Assembly (NCBI GenBank): GCA_963705105.1
Contig: CAVPIW010000009.1
Coordinates: forward strand, 224,001 to 288,000
Length of the DNA stretch: 64,000 bases
Source: an uncultured Nitrospiraceae bacterium
Lineage (GTDB): Bacteria > Nitrospirota > Thermodesulfovibrionia > Thermodesulfovibrionales > Dissulfurispiraceae
Direction: 5' to 3'
The position numbers and the translations under genes were made by a program. The notes beneath the pieces are model-generated. The model saw nothing but the letters and a program-made list of their open reading frames with translations, was not told the DNA's origin and searched no databases. Shown piece after piece: positions 54,801 to 62,465 of the stretch (its first letter is position 1; every line of letters begins with the position of its first letter).

Positions 54801-55078
54801 AGCGACTCAGCGGAAAAATCGATGCCCAGGTAGCTCCGCACCCCCTGTTCAAGGAAGAGCGGGATGTGATCGCCCCTCCCGAACCCGATGTCCAGCATGT
54901 CCCTGCCCGCAACTCCGCCGGTGACATTGACCGTAAAATCGAACTCGGCCCGGTGCTGCCCGTCGACCTCGTGCTCCTTGAACTCGGCATGTCCCGCCAC
55001 GCCGTACGGCCTGCCCGTGACTTTGTCGACGGCGCCGAGGAAATATTCCCTGGTGTATTTCTCGATCAGGTGGCCCAC
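51842..55078 (-). CDS. Four-domain protein: methyltransferase, GT-A-like domain, methyltransferase, sulfotransferase
   Basis: GTG 55078 with GGAGGA RBS just after wzt; MLDIGFGRG, NKL..LLDCDTLV..CNAGV, GSGLGS..ILDVGCGD, VGGMRSGTTLL, NKNP. Confidence 0.8.
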   Translation of the reverse strand: MGHLIEKYTREYFLGAVDKVTGRPYGVAGHAEFKEHEVDGQHRAEFDFTVNVTGGVAGRDMLDIGFGRGDHIPLFLEQGVRSYLGIDFSAESLNIARERISDPRVRLEIRDATELRDDESFDVIVLYDVIEHIPAFEMEVVWRRLKRALRPGGFIVISTPLFETPNVSDHSDTVYSVMGVHCNKQTLGTVVRSALLNGFVIAGHEGRCFGLVRGDDLGVFGDERRRAFLSCHEGLLGTFGLRHGSSPSLRELRACAPGMGRVLIGCVAENNPKYLSQALRLLQSVRWFGGALSGANVMICIVDEADETYVKEFRRWGAFVRVVPRFSYFHAPSNKLRFLDLPELFAYDAVMLLDCDTLVVRDPSPYVRGETFQAKMADLATVPHDVFERLFSAYGLAMPERKHHCTFSDEQTVWYCNAGVLVFPGEVLTAFYPVWRRYTEDLSRRIDMLGSAGFHCEQASLTLAFHEHPVPFEELPVAMNFPLHLDASQAPAAMQSCDPVIIHYHHLTDPSGFVSDTPYGAAQGRITAFNERLRLHRREVFNNRFFWDHRYAEHADLGSGLGSRELPLLYKRQMLRQALSEFKPESILDVGCGDQEVAVELPDEAYLGVDLSPVVIERNRLRFPNRRFAAADFATLSLPKRDLTICFDVLIHADSPELYRKIVGRLVASTAHHGIVSGFEAPPEVKSDITFFHEPLSATLMSAGATKLRRLGEYRDTVVWCFSVDSGEGHGPAGAQEASDVRQGFLQTLSTRLFGASGSSSPSSAQPSEKGLREPVFLVGGMRSGTTLLAELLGRHREIVHCPFELKHVWSEGGGVVMASPRTRDTVCPQLGAEDASPERAERLTKAFLEEYRKNAANKEPGARFLNKNPHLCNKLFFVDSLFPDAKYIWIHRAMTDVAASLKRLFMYGLDRHKVRHYWPARQDGETRCWNCFHDDVLPDGIDVSRLFPGGDAAFLAEYWMESNLAVSRFREAAGHHRVLAVREEDLIEETGRVITLCEAFIGAALDVSMLEGYAIDGQRNDRWAEALTADEMRALLGFIEAYGPEPEGSFPEAGVLMSYAVRLKSALSGIGEKGGHV

Positions 55079-55082
55079 AGAG

Positions 55083-56330
55083 TCATTCCTCCAGTCTCCG
55101 GCAGGTGCTCTGCAGGTCGCAGACCCCGGCGAAGCTCCTGCCCCTCCTGAGCACCTCGATGTGCAGTACGCCCACCTGTTTGTCCAGCAGGAGGTTTGCC
55201 GTCTGGCTGATGTGGTCGGTGAGACCGGCGCTGACAAAATAATGTCCCGGCGCAAGACGTGCCTCGAAGGAGAACTCGGCGCCGATCCGTCCGTCCTTTC
55301 TCTCAGACCGGGGATAGCTGATGCCCTGGGAGAGTGTCTCAATGCCGTAAATAGTGTACCCCCGCTGATCCCGCAGCTGCCAGATGATCTTGGGATTGAT
55401 CACCTCATCGGCGACCCGGGCCCCTATGCTGAGAGTAACCCTGTCACCCTGGTGCACCATGCCTCCTTCGCCGGCCGAGAGATCCACGGCGGTGATCCTT
55501 CCCGCCTGCGTGCCGTAGGCGACGGCCGCCGGGTTGTCATCGACGGGTCTCCACGCTACGACCCGGCCCTGACTCCCACCGTAGTTCTGCTCATCCCACA
55601 TGTCCTTGAGATACGCTTCCGTCGCCATCTCGGCGCTCCCGTTGTACCTTATTTCACCGCCGCGGAGATATATCGCCGACTGGCAGTAGTTCCGCACCAT
55701 CTGCATATCGTGGGAGACGAACAGGAGGGTCATGCCGCCCCTGATCATCCTCTCCAGTTCGTTGAGGCATTTCTGCTGAAACGCAACATCTCCGACAGCC
55801 AACGCCTCATCGACGATAAGCACATCGGGGCTGACACTCACGGCCATGGCGAAGGCAAGTCTCACAAGCATCCCGCTGGAGTAATTCCTGACGGGCTGGT
55901 ACGCGAACTCCCCGATGTCGGCGAAGGAAAGGATGCCGGGCAGCATCCGGGCCGTCTCCTCCCGCGAATTGCCCGCAATCGTGCCGTTGAGGTATATGTT
56001 ATCCACGCCGCTCATCTCCGGGTTGAGCCCGACGCCGAGCTCCAGAATGGCCGAGACGCGCCCGGAAACCCCGACGGCGCCCCCCGTCGGCGTCAGGACG
56101 CCGGCGATGATCTTGAGCAATGTCGACTTGCCCGAACCGTTCCTGCCGATGATGCCAAAGGTGTCTCCCCTGCCTATCTCGAAGGAGACATCCCTCAGTG
56201 CATAGAAGTCACGGTGGTACTTCTTCCTGAAGGGACTGAGGGATTCCTTCAGGCGGTCAATGGGCCTGTCATAGAGCTGGTAGACTTTTGTCAGGCTCTC
56301 CGCCCTGACAGCGATGTTGTCTGCAGTCAC
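55083..56330 (-). CDS. wzt: Polysaccharide ABC exporter ATPase with C-terminal carbohydrate-binding domain
   Basis: GRNGSGKST, YSSGMLVRLAF, DEALAVGD, VSHD, plus a Wzt_C-like extension. Confidence 0.92.
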   Translation of the reverse strand: MTADNIAVRAESLTKVYQLYDRPIDRLKESLSPFRKKYHRDFYALRDVSFEIGRGDTFGIIGRNGSGKSTLLKIIAGVLTPTGGAVGVSGRVSAILELGVGLNPEMSGVDNIYLNGTIAGNSREETARMLPGILSFADIGEFAYQPVRNYSSGMLVRLAFAMAVSVSPDVLIVDEALAVGDVAFQQKCLNELERMIRGGMTLLFVSHDMQMVRNYCQSAIYLRGGEIRYNGSAEMATEAYLKDMWDEQNYGGSQGRVVAWRPVDDNPAAVAYGTQAGRITAVDLSAGEGGMVHQGDRVTLSIGARVADEVINPKIIWQLRDQRGYTIYGIETLSQGISYPRSERKDGRIGAEFSFEARLAPGHYFVSAGLTDHISQTANLLLDKQVGVLHIEVLRRGRSFAGVCDLQSTCRRLEE

Positions 56331-56355
56331 AAGGGTCGTCCCTGTATCCTGAGAC

Positions 56356-56967
56356 TCAACGGGCTGCAGCAGCCGGTCTCCAGAAGTCCGCCGATTTCAG
56401 GACGCCGAGAAGTCGGCCGACGCAATCAGGGGCACTCAGCGTCTCGGTGTCCAGAGTCACGTGTGCCCCTTCCGGCTCATCGAAGGGCGATGATATCCCC
56501 GTGTATTCCTTGATGAGACCCTCCCGGGCCTTGCGATAGAGGCCCTTCGGGTCCCGCTGCTCGCAGGTCTCGATGCGGCATTTCACGTAGACCTCAAGGT
56601 AATTCCCGCCTTCGAAACGTTGCCGGATGAACCGCCGGTCCTCTTCGAAGGGTGTTATGAAGGCGCAGATCACGATGATCCCGGCGTCTGTGAAGAGCTT
56701 GCTCACCTCAACGATCCTGCGGAGGTTTTCCCGCCGGTCTTCCCTGCTGAAGCCGAGATCCGCGTTGAGCCCGTGCCGCACGTTGTCGCCGTCGAGCGTG
56801 TAGGACCTGATGCCCAGGTCGTGCAGCTCCTTCTCAAGGCCGTGGGCGATCGTCGACTTGCCCGCAGCCGACAGGCCGGTGAACCACAGGACCCCGCTGC
56901 CGTGGCCGTTCAGCCTGTGGCGGTCCTCCCTGGTAACCAGTCCTCTATGAAAGTAGACGTTATTCAT
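56356..56967 (-). CDS. cysC: Adenylyl-sulfate kinase
   Basis: WFTGLSAAGKST, LDGDNVRHGL, RDPKGLY, YTGISSPF. Confidence 0.95.
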   Translation of the reverse strand: MNNVYFHRGLVTREDRHRLNGHGSGVLWFTGLSAAGKSTIAHGLEKELHDLGIRSYTLDGDNVRHGLNADLGFSREDRRENLRRIVEVSKLFTDAGIIVICAFITPFEEDRRFIRQRFEGGNYLEVYVKCRIETCEQRDPKGLYRKAREGLIKEYTGISSPFDEPEGAHVTLDTETLSAPDCVGRLLGVLKSADFWRPAAAAR

Positions 56968-57007
56968 CAGTATTCAATTGCCGCTCGTCGGGTCCCCCGG
57001 CGCGCCG

Positions 57008-57823
57008 TCACAGGACATCGGCAAAGTGAGGTCTCAACCGGTTGAAGAGGAGCGCCCCGAAAACGAAGATGATCCCCGTCACCGCCCAGAAGTAGATTGT
57101 GAGGCCCGGTTCCTGCCAGAACCAGGTCTTATAGAGCAGACTGCCCCGGTATCCGTCAACGATGTAGTAGAAGGGGTTCAGGCTGATAAAGGGCCTCACG
57201 GCCTCGGGCATGATGCCCGGGGACCAGAAGATCGGCGTCAGCCAGAACCCGAACTGCAGGAGCACCCCCACCACCTGCCCCACATCCCGCGCAAAGACCG
57301 TCAGCGACGATGTGATCCACGATATCCCCAGGAGCAGGACAATAGCCGCAAATAAATAGTACCCGACCTGCAGGCCCTGGAGATCGAAGCGGAAACCGTA
57401 CAGCAGGAAGAGAATAAAAAGCAGGGCGACGAAGACGACATGGACCAGCAGGGACGAGAGGATCTTGATGATCGGCAGCACGCTGACCCTGAAGACGACC
57501 TTCTTCACGAGGTAGCTGTTGTCCGAGACGGCATGGGTCGCGTTCGATATCGCCTCTGCGACGAAAAACCACGGGATGATACCGCACAGCAGCCAGAGAA
57601 TGAAGGGCGCGTCGCCCACCGCCGCAGCCTTGAAGCCCATCTGGAAGACGAACCACAGCACGAGGACGCTCACCGCCGGGTTCACGAAGGCCCAGAACAT
57701 ACCGAGATATGAGCTCAGGTACTTCGTGCGGAAATCGGCCTTCGTCAGGTCCCAGATGAGCCTCCGGCTCCTGAAGAGATCGGAAAGGAAATGAAAGAAG
57801 TTGGTAACGAAATTCATCGGCAA
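57008..57823 (-). CDS. wzm: Polysaccharide ABC-2 exporter permease
   Basis: KYLSSYLGMFW, LVKKVVF, FWLTPIFW, LNPF, FADVL C-terminus. Confidence 0.92.
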   Translation of the reverse strand: MPMNFVTNFFHFLSDLFRSRRLIWDLTKADFRTKYLSSYLGMFWAFVNPAVSVLVLWFVFQMGFKAAAVGDAPFILWLLCGIIPWFFVAEAISNATHAVSDNSYLVKKVVFRVSVLPIIKILSSLLVHVVFVALLFILFLLYGFRFDLQGLQVGYYLFAAIVLLLGISWITSSLTVFARDVGQVVGVLLQFGFWLTPIFWSPGIMPEAVRPFISLNPFYYIVDGYRGSLLYKTWFWQEPGLTIYFWAVTGIIFVFGALLFNRLRPHFADVL

Positions 57824-57846
57824 GTCATGAGGCGCTCTATGGTAAA

Positions 57847-57994
57847 TAGTGTCTGTCCATAAAGTAAGCTTCAGCTGTCATTCCCGCAACCCCGCACTTG
57901 GTGCGGGGGCGTCGGGAATCCTTCTGAAACAAAGATTTCGGACAAGCCGGAATGACAAATATACTGCACGTCATGAGTTTGTGGACAGACACTA
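57847..57994. mobile_element. 148-bp MITE-like element (family 3) with REP-like core
   Basis: TIR tagtgtctgtccataaa / tttgtggacagacacta (16 of 17 match) around gtcattcccg...cgggaatc...ggaatgac. Confidence 0.7.
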
Positions 57995-58038
57995 CATAAC
58001 CCCTTGTCATACCGTTATGTGCTGAAATTTCTCATTAT

Positions 58039-58078
58039 CCTGCAGTTGCATAAAAGGAGGGCGTATGCAACGATAAGG
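58039..58078. mobile_element. 40-bp minimal derivative of family 1 (both ends fused)
   Basis: cctgcagttgcata-aaaggagggcg-tatgcaacgataagg. Confidence 0.6.
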
Positions 58079-58232
58079 TCTATTATAAGTTGATGACGAA
58101 GGGGAGGTCAATGTCTGCCGCGGACAGGGGCTGTCGTTTCCGATGTTGCCGACACACGACACGGCGATGACATCGTTTCACAAATCATGAACATCCCCTT
58201 TTTCAGCCGGTACAACGATGAGACACAAAATT

Positions 58233-58392
58233 GACGGATTTATAAAAAGTCGTCATACCCGCGAAGCTTGTCCCCGCGGATAGTAAGCGGGGAGCGGGTA
58301 TCCAGAGTACAAATAACTGCCTGCAAGGACTGGATTCCCGTCTGCACGGGAATGACGGACAAGCCCTTTACAGGACTTTTTACGAGGCCGTC
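58233..58392. mobile_element. 160-bp MITE (family 2), second copy
   Basis: Near-identical to 36991-37150; flanked by AAAATT on both sides. Confidence 0.85.
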
Positions 58393-58402
58393 AAAATTTA
58401 TG

Positions 58403-58431
58403 TTGAAACCGACCCTGTTCTGTGGTATACG
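58403..58431 (+). promoter_or_regulatory. Possible sigma70 promoter for the fibre gene
   Basis: TTGAAA-N17-TATACG with a TGn extension. Confidence 0.4.
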
Positions 58432-58492
58432 AAATAAAGGAGTCAATTGGCAGAGGTCTTATTCACTGTTTTATGACAATGCAAAGGAGGGT

Positions 58493-60247
58493 ATGGCGAT
58501 GGAAACGGCGAAACGGATGAGGAGACGGACCCTTGTGTCCTGTCTCGCGGGAGTGCTCTTTGCGTGCCTTATTGCTGTTTGTCTCGTGGCGGCACAGAGC
58601 AGCAAAGCGGCTGCGCAGGCGGTGGAGATCGGAGCTGACACATCGCAGGGCGTGCTGGCGGTGACGGCGAACCTTGTGGAAGGAGAGCTGCTGAGCGTCG
58701 AGGTGATGGGACCGGGCAGCAAGCTCGTCGTGGATGAGGACGTGGCGTCGTCCTCATTCACGTGGGCGCCCGGAGCCGGTGAGGCCGACGGACTGTACCG
58801 GTATGAGATCCAGGTGGTGGATAAAGCGACGGGCAACATGATCGGCAGGACGGCCGGATCGTTTACTGTCAAAGGCGGTGATATCATGGCACCACGTGAG
58901 ATTACGCCTGTGAAAAAGAACATCCGGCAGGGCATGCTGTACAAAGCGTGGCAGCATCTGGCCGCGGCGATGAACTGGGTCACGGATTTTCTCGTTCCAA
59001 ACGCACAGGCCGCCGACGTAAATATCGAGGACCCCAGCCCGGAAATCTTATTTGACGACACGGACGACGAGGATGCCACACCAAGCTATGACTGGATCCT
59101 CAGAACAAGCGGCGGGACTTCGGACAATGATACCAACAACTACTTCATAATATCCGGCTACGGAGAGCTCGGCACCGGTTGCGCTGAAGTGCCGATCATT
59201 CGCATCGATCATAACGGAACGTGCGAGGCAGGCAGCAGCCCGGTCAACAGCCTCGTTGCCAATGCCAACGGCGACCTTCGTTTGGCCGATGGCAGGATGT
59301 TCTTCGACCGGTCCGCATCGCGCCTGGGCATCAACAACACCGCACCGTCGTACATGATCGATGCCGTCGGCTCAAGTGAGATCATGTTGCGGCAAAGCAC
59401 ACTCGCCACTGCCAGGTCCATCGCCATGAGAAACGACGGCGCCGCAACCGACCTCGAAGCCAGAAACGCCGACCTCTGGATTCGGGCCGACCTGCCTGCG
59501 CCCGCGAAAAACATCTACATGCTGTCCAACAGGATCGGTGTCGGAACGACCGCACCGTTCTACAAGTTCGCCGTGAACGGTGAGGGTTCCAACCGCTCGA
59601 CGCTCCACTTCACCAATACCGGCGCAGACGTCGGCGGATGGCTCACATCGGTGGCGGCCAACAACTTCTTCGTCTCCTCCGGCGCCATGTGGGACACGGC
59701 CGCAGGCGGCTGGGTGCAGAAGTCCCCTGACGGCCTGGCCGTCATGGCGGGCTCGGGGCCTTCCGGGTACCGGGTGATGACGCGGTTCGGCTGCCCGGTC
59801 GACACTGCCTGCTCCCTCCCCATTACCCGCATGGCCATCGACTATGTCGGCAATGTCGGTTTCGGCATCCCCCTCCCCGCCCACCCCCTGCACATGGCGA
59901 GCGGCGCCCATGTGACGGCGGGAGGGATCTGGATGAACGCGTCGAGCAGGAAGTACAAGGACCACATTCAGGAACTCGCCCTTGGGGACGCCCTGAAGAC
60001 GATCAGGAACCTGAACCCCGTGACGTTCTCGTACAAAGCTGAGCCGACGGAGAAGCACGTGGGCTTCATCGCCGAGGACGTCCCCGACCTCGTTGCGACA
60101 AAGGACCGTGAGGGATTGAGCCCCATGGACATCGTCGCCGTCATGACGAAGGTGGTCCAGGAACAACAGGGCATGATCGAGAAGCAGCAGGAGATGATCG
60201 AGAAGCTGAATGCGCGGCTTGAGGATTTGGAGCGGCGCCTGCGATAG
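58493..60247 (+). CDS. Secreted tail-fibre-like protein with C-terminal peptidase S74 intramolecular chaperone
   Basis: AAGGAGG RBS, signal peptide, (R/N)(L/I/V)G(I/V/F)(N/G) fibre repeats, WMNASSRKYK...HVGFIAEDVP, terminal coiled coil. Confidence 0.85.
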   Translation: MAMETAKRMRRRTLVSCLAGVLFACLIAVCLVAAQSSKAAAQAVEIGADTSQGVLAVTANLVEGELLSVEVMGPGSKLVVDEDVASSSFTWAPGAGEADGLYRYEIQVVDKATGNMIGRTAGSFTVKGGDIMAPREITPVKKNIRQGMLYKAWQHLAAAMNWVTDFLVPNAQAADVNIEDPSPEILFDDTDDEDATPSYDWILRTSGGTSDNDTNNYFIISGYGELGTGCAEVPIIRIDHNGTCEAGSSPVNSLVANANGDLRLADGRMFFDRSASRLGINNTAPSYMIDAVGSSEIMLRQSTLATARSIAMRNDGAATDLEARNADLWIRADLPAPAKNIYMLSNRIGVGTTAPFYKFAVNGEGSNRSTLHFTNTGADVGGWLTSVAANNFFVSSGAMWDTAAGGWVQKSPDGLAVMAGSGPSGYRVMTRFGCPVDTACSLPITRMAIDYVGNVGFGIPLPAHPLHMASGAHVTAGGIWMNASSRKYKDHIQELALGDALKTIRNLNPVTFSYKAEPTEKHVGFIAEDVPDLVATKDREGLSPMDIVAVMTKVVQEQQGMIEKQQEMIEKLNARLEDLERRLR

Positions 60248-60267
60248 GGCGAAAAGGTACGTGAGAA

Positions 60268-60295
60268 GGGAGGCGGCGAGGGAGCGCCGCCCTCC
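60268..60295. terminator. Stem-loop between convergent genes
   Basis: ggaggcggcg-agggag-cgccgccctcc; no U tract. Confidence 0.45.
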
Positions 60296-60329
60296 AAGAC
60301 AGAGAACCCAGGCCCTTAAAACATCCCGC

Positions 60330-62072
60330 CTACCGCACGACCTCGATGAAATTCAGCTTGTTGATCGACATGAAGAGCTTCCCTGCGGGACTCACTCCCG
60401 CCAGGTCGTCCGTGCCGTCGCCGTCGAAGTCGCCGGTGATAAGCTGCGTCAGTGTGCCCGGCACGCTCGTCCAGGCCGGCACGGGCAGATTCGGAGTGTA
60501 CCAGACCTTACCGGTCGCGCTGAGACCCGCAAGCTGATCACCAGCCACGGCCACCCCGAAGTCTCCGCTCGTCATCGTGTTCAGAGTGCCCGGCACGACG
60601 TTTGTCCATGTCGGCGCCGGGAAGGTCGTCGTGTACCAGATCTTGCCCGTGGGACTGAGACCCGCGATATCGAAGTTGATGTCGCCGTTCAGATCGGCGC
60701 TAATGATCTTCGAAAGAGTACCCGGCACGTTCGTCCAGGTCGCCCCGGCAGTCGTCGAGACCCAGATCTTGCCGGCGGAGCTCAGGCCGATCAGGTCCGT
60801 CAGCCCGTCGTTGTTCACATCGCCCGCCGTGAGCTGGGCCAGCTTGCCGTTGACTTTACTGAACCCCGTGGTAATATCCGCACCCATTGTCACGAGGATA
60901 TTGCCCGCAGGGTCGAGACCTGCCAGTTCGTGCCCCGCCCGGGCGTTGTTGAAGTTCCCGCTCACGAGGGTCGTCAATGTCCCGCCCAGCGGTATCTGCG
61001 TCCATGTGAGCATGTCGTTTGAAAAAAAGACAGAGCCGTTCAACGCTACCCCTGCCAGCTCGTCACCCTGCCTGCCCGGGTTGAAGTCGCCCGAAACGAT
61101 CTTCGAGAAGACCTGCCCCGTCACATGGTTCCAGGCCGGGGCGAAAAAGTTCACGTTCGTCGAGAAGAAAACGAAACCGTCGGCGTCGATGATCGCCATG
61201 TCATCAATAGCATTGTCGTCAAAGTCGCCCATGATGACGGCTGCTGCGGGCGCAGCGGTGAAGGTCGCCGGGGCCAGGAAGACAGCGGAGTCCACGGCAT
61301 TGTCGGGTAACGGCCCCGGCCCGGCATCGGCGACTGCGACCTTAAGGGTGTGCGTGACCGCAGGGTCCGGGTCGAGGACCACACGGAAGGTCATGACCTG
61401 GCTGAAACCGTCGTACTGAGTGCCGAACGGGGTGGATGGGATGAATTGCTCGGGATCGTTGTTGTTGAAGAGCGCAGGAGTTGCGCTGCCGTTGATGGTA
61501 TTGACGGTGACAGGGCTTCCTGTGCCGGGGGCGAGGGCAATGTTCACGCCGTCCACAAACAGTCCAAAGACATCATTCCCAATGCCTTCAGGGTCCCCGA
61601 CACTTTCGTTGTATTCCTCCGATGCGAAGACGGCCTGAAAAGTGACCACGCGGCGTATGGGATCCGCAATAGAGAAGCTGAAGGTCAGGACCGATGCATC
61701 GGCGGTCATGGACGGCGCCGCAAGCGCATCCAGGTCGGGGTCTCCGGCAGCGTTGTTGAACACTCCGGGTCCGCTGGCGATGTTCGGACCGACGGCGCCG
61801 AGGATGTCACCGCTGGTCAGGATGAACCCGGCATCGATGCCGATCCCGTCGGCAAAACCTGCCCTGAAGGCGCCGGTGGCCTGGTCAGCCCCGGCATAGT
61901 TGGCGCTGCCGGGAACAATCGTCGCGCCGGGCAATAATTGCTCGGCAAAAGTTGCCGGGGACAGCGCAGGTGAGTTTATGGGATCGAGATCGCCGGGTGC
62001 AATGGCAAAAGCCGGCGCTATAGTGCAGACGATAAAGACGAGGATGAGCAACCCTCCGCGGAACCTGTTCAT
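60330..62072 (-). CDS. Secreted choice-of-anchor L-like domain plus seven-bladed propeller
   Basis: Signal peptide after AAGGAGG; GFILTSG, FASEEY, NDVFGLF, VNTIN, QYDGFS, VADAG..DSAVFL; seven propeller repeats ending FIEVVR. Confidence 0.85.
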   Translation of the reverse strand: MNRFRGGLLILVFIVCTIAPAFAIAPGDLDPINSPALSPATFAEQLLPGATIVPGSANYAGADQATGAFRAGFADGIGIDAGFILTSGDILGAVGPNIASGPGVFNNAAGDPDLDALAAPSMTADASVLTFSFSIADPIRRVVTFQAVFASEEYNESVGDPEGIGNDVFGLFVDGVNIALAPGTGSPVTVNTINGSATPALFNNNDPEQFIPSTPFGTQYDGFSQVMTFRVVLDPDPAVTHTLKVAVADAGPGPLPDNAVDSAVFLAPATFTAAPAAAVIMGDFDDNAIDDMAIIDADGFVFFSTNVNFFAPAWNHVTGQVFSKIVSGDFNPGRQGDELAGVALNGSVFFSNDMLTWTQIPLGGTLTTLVSGNFNNARAGHELAGLDPAGNILVTMGADITTGFSKVNGKLAQLTAGDVNNDGLTDLIGLSSAGKIWVSTTAGATWTNVPGTLSKIISADLNGDINFDIAGLSPTGKIWYTTTFPAPTWTNVVPGTLNTMTSGDFGVAVAGDQLAGLSATGKVWYTPNLPVPAWTSVPGTLTQLITGDFDGDGTDDLAGVSPAGKLFMSINKLNFIEVVR

Positions 62073-62166
62073 GCGACCCTCCTTATTCTCTTCGTTGTCT
62101 CTGACCGGACCGGGTCCTGCACAACGCCCGCGACGAGCATTTCCCGGCCTAACCAGTTCAAGGTTT

Positions 62167-62183
62167 AGCAAGAACTGGACCAA
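62167..62183 (-). promoter_or_regulatory. Putative sigma54 promoter
   Basis: TTGGTCCAGTTCTTGCT on the minus strand, GG-N10-GC spacing. Confidence 0.5.
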
Positions 62184-62391
62184 TGACAACTTCCTGTTCC
62201 TGCTGCTCAGCGGAGGAATGGGTACACAATGCCGGGCCGGGACGACCGGCGCAGGAAGCGTAATAATCTGCAGCGGAGGGTCAGCAGCTCCGGACACGAC
62301 GGCAGCCGCGTACTACCTAAATGGATATGGTTAGACAACCAGGTTTCGCTGAAAGCTTTTTTGGACACGAGTGTCCTGTCGGCGAGCAAGC

Positions 62392-62420
62392 GAAGGGCGG
62401 CGCTGCGTGCGCCGCCCTTC
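62392..62420 (-). terminator. Stem-loop downstream of 62466-63458
   Basis: gaagggcggcgc...gcgccgcccttc perfect stem followed by a weak T-rich run on the minus strand. Confidence 0.55.
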
Positions 62421-62465
62421 ACACTTTCAATCAGGCACGGTCAGTGATTCAGATATCGGTCGTGT

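Noticed and set aside
55079..55342. N-terminal extensions in the ORF track (51842-55342, 23518-24438, 41575-42570, 47589-48959, 58268, 62297)
   Set aside because: They overlap upstream genes or run through repeats and promoter DNA; internal starts with an RBS or stop-start coupling fit better.
54888..56513. Long antisense ORFs (also 21426-22718, 49091-50323, 2079-3236 and similar)
   Set aside because: They are shadow frames of well-supported genes in GC-rich DNA with no recognisable motifs.
58493..60247. Prophage remnant suggested by the tail-fibre/S74 domain
   Set aside because: It has a signal peptide, and no integrase, capsid, terminase or other tail genes are nearby.
62285..62365. Partial resemblance to the 3' half of a c-di-GMP-I riboswitch on the minus strand (gtctaa…taggtag…ggctgccg)
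   Set aside because: The GGCAAAC/GAAA tetraloop/GCAAAGC core is missing and the segment is upstream of the predicted sigma54 promoter; an Infernal search with the c-di-GMP-I model would be needed.
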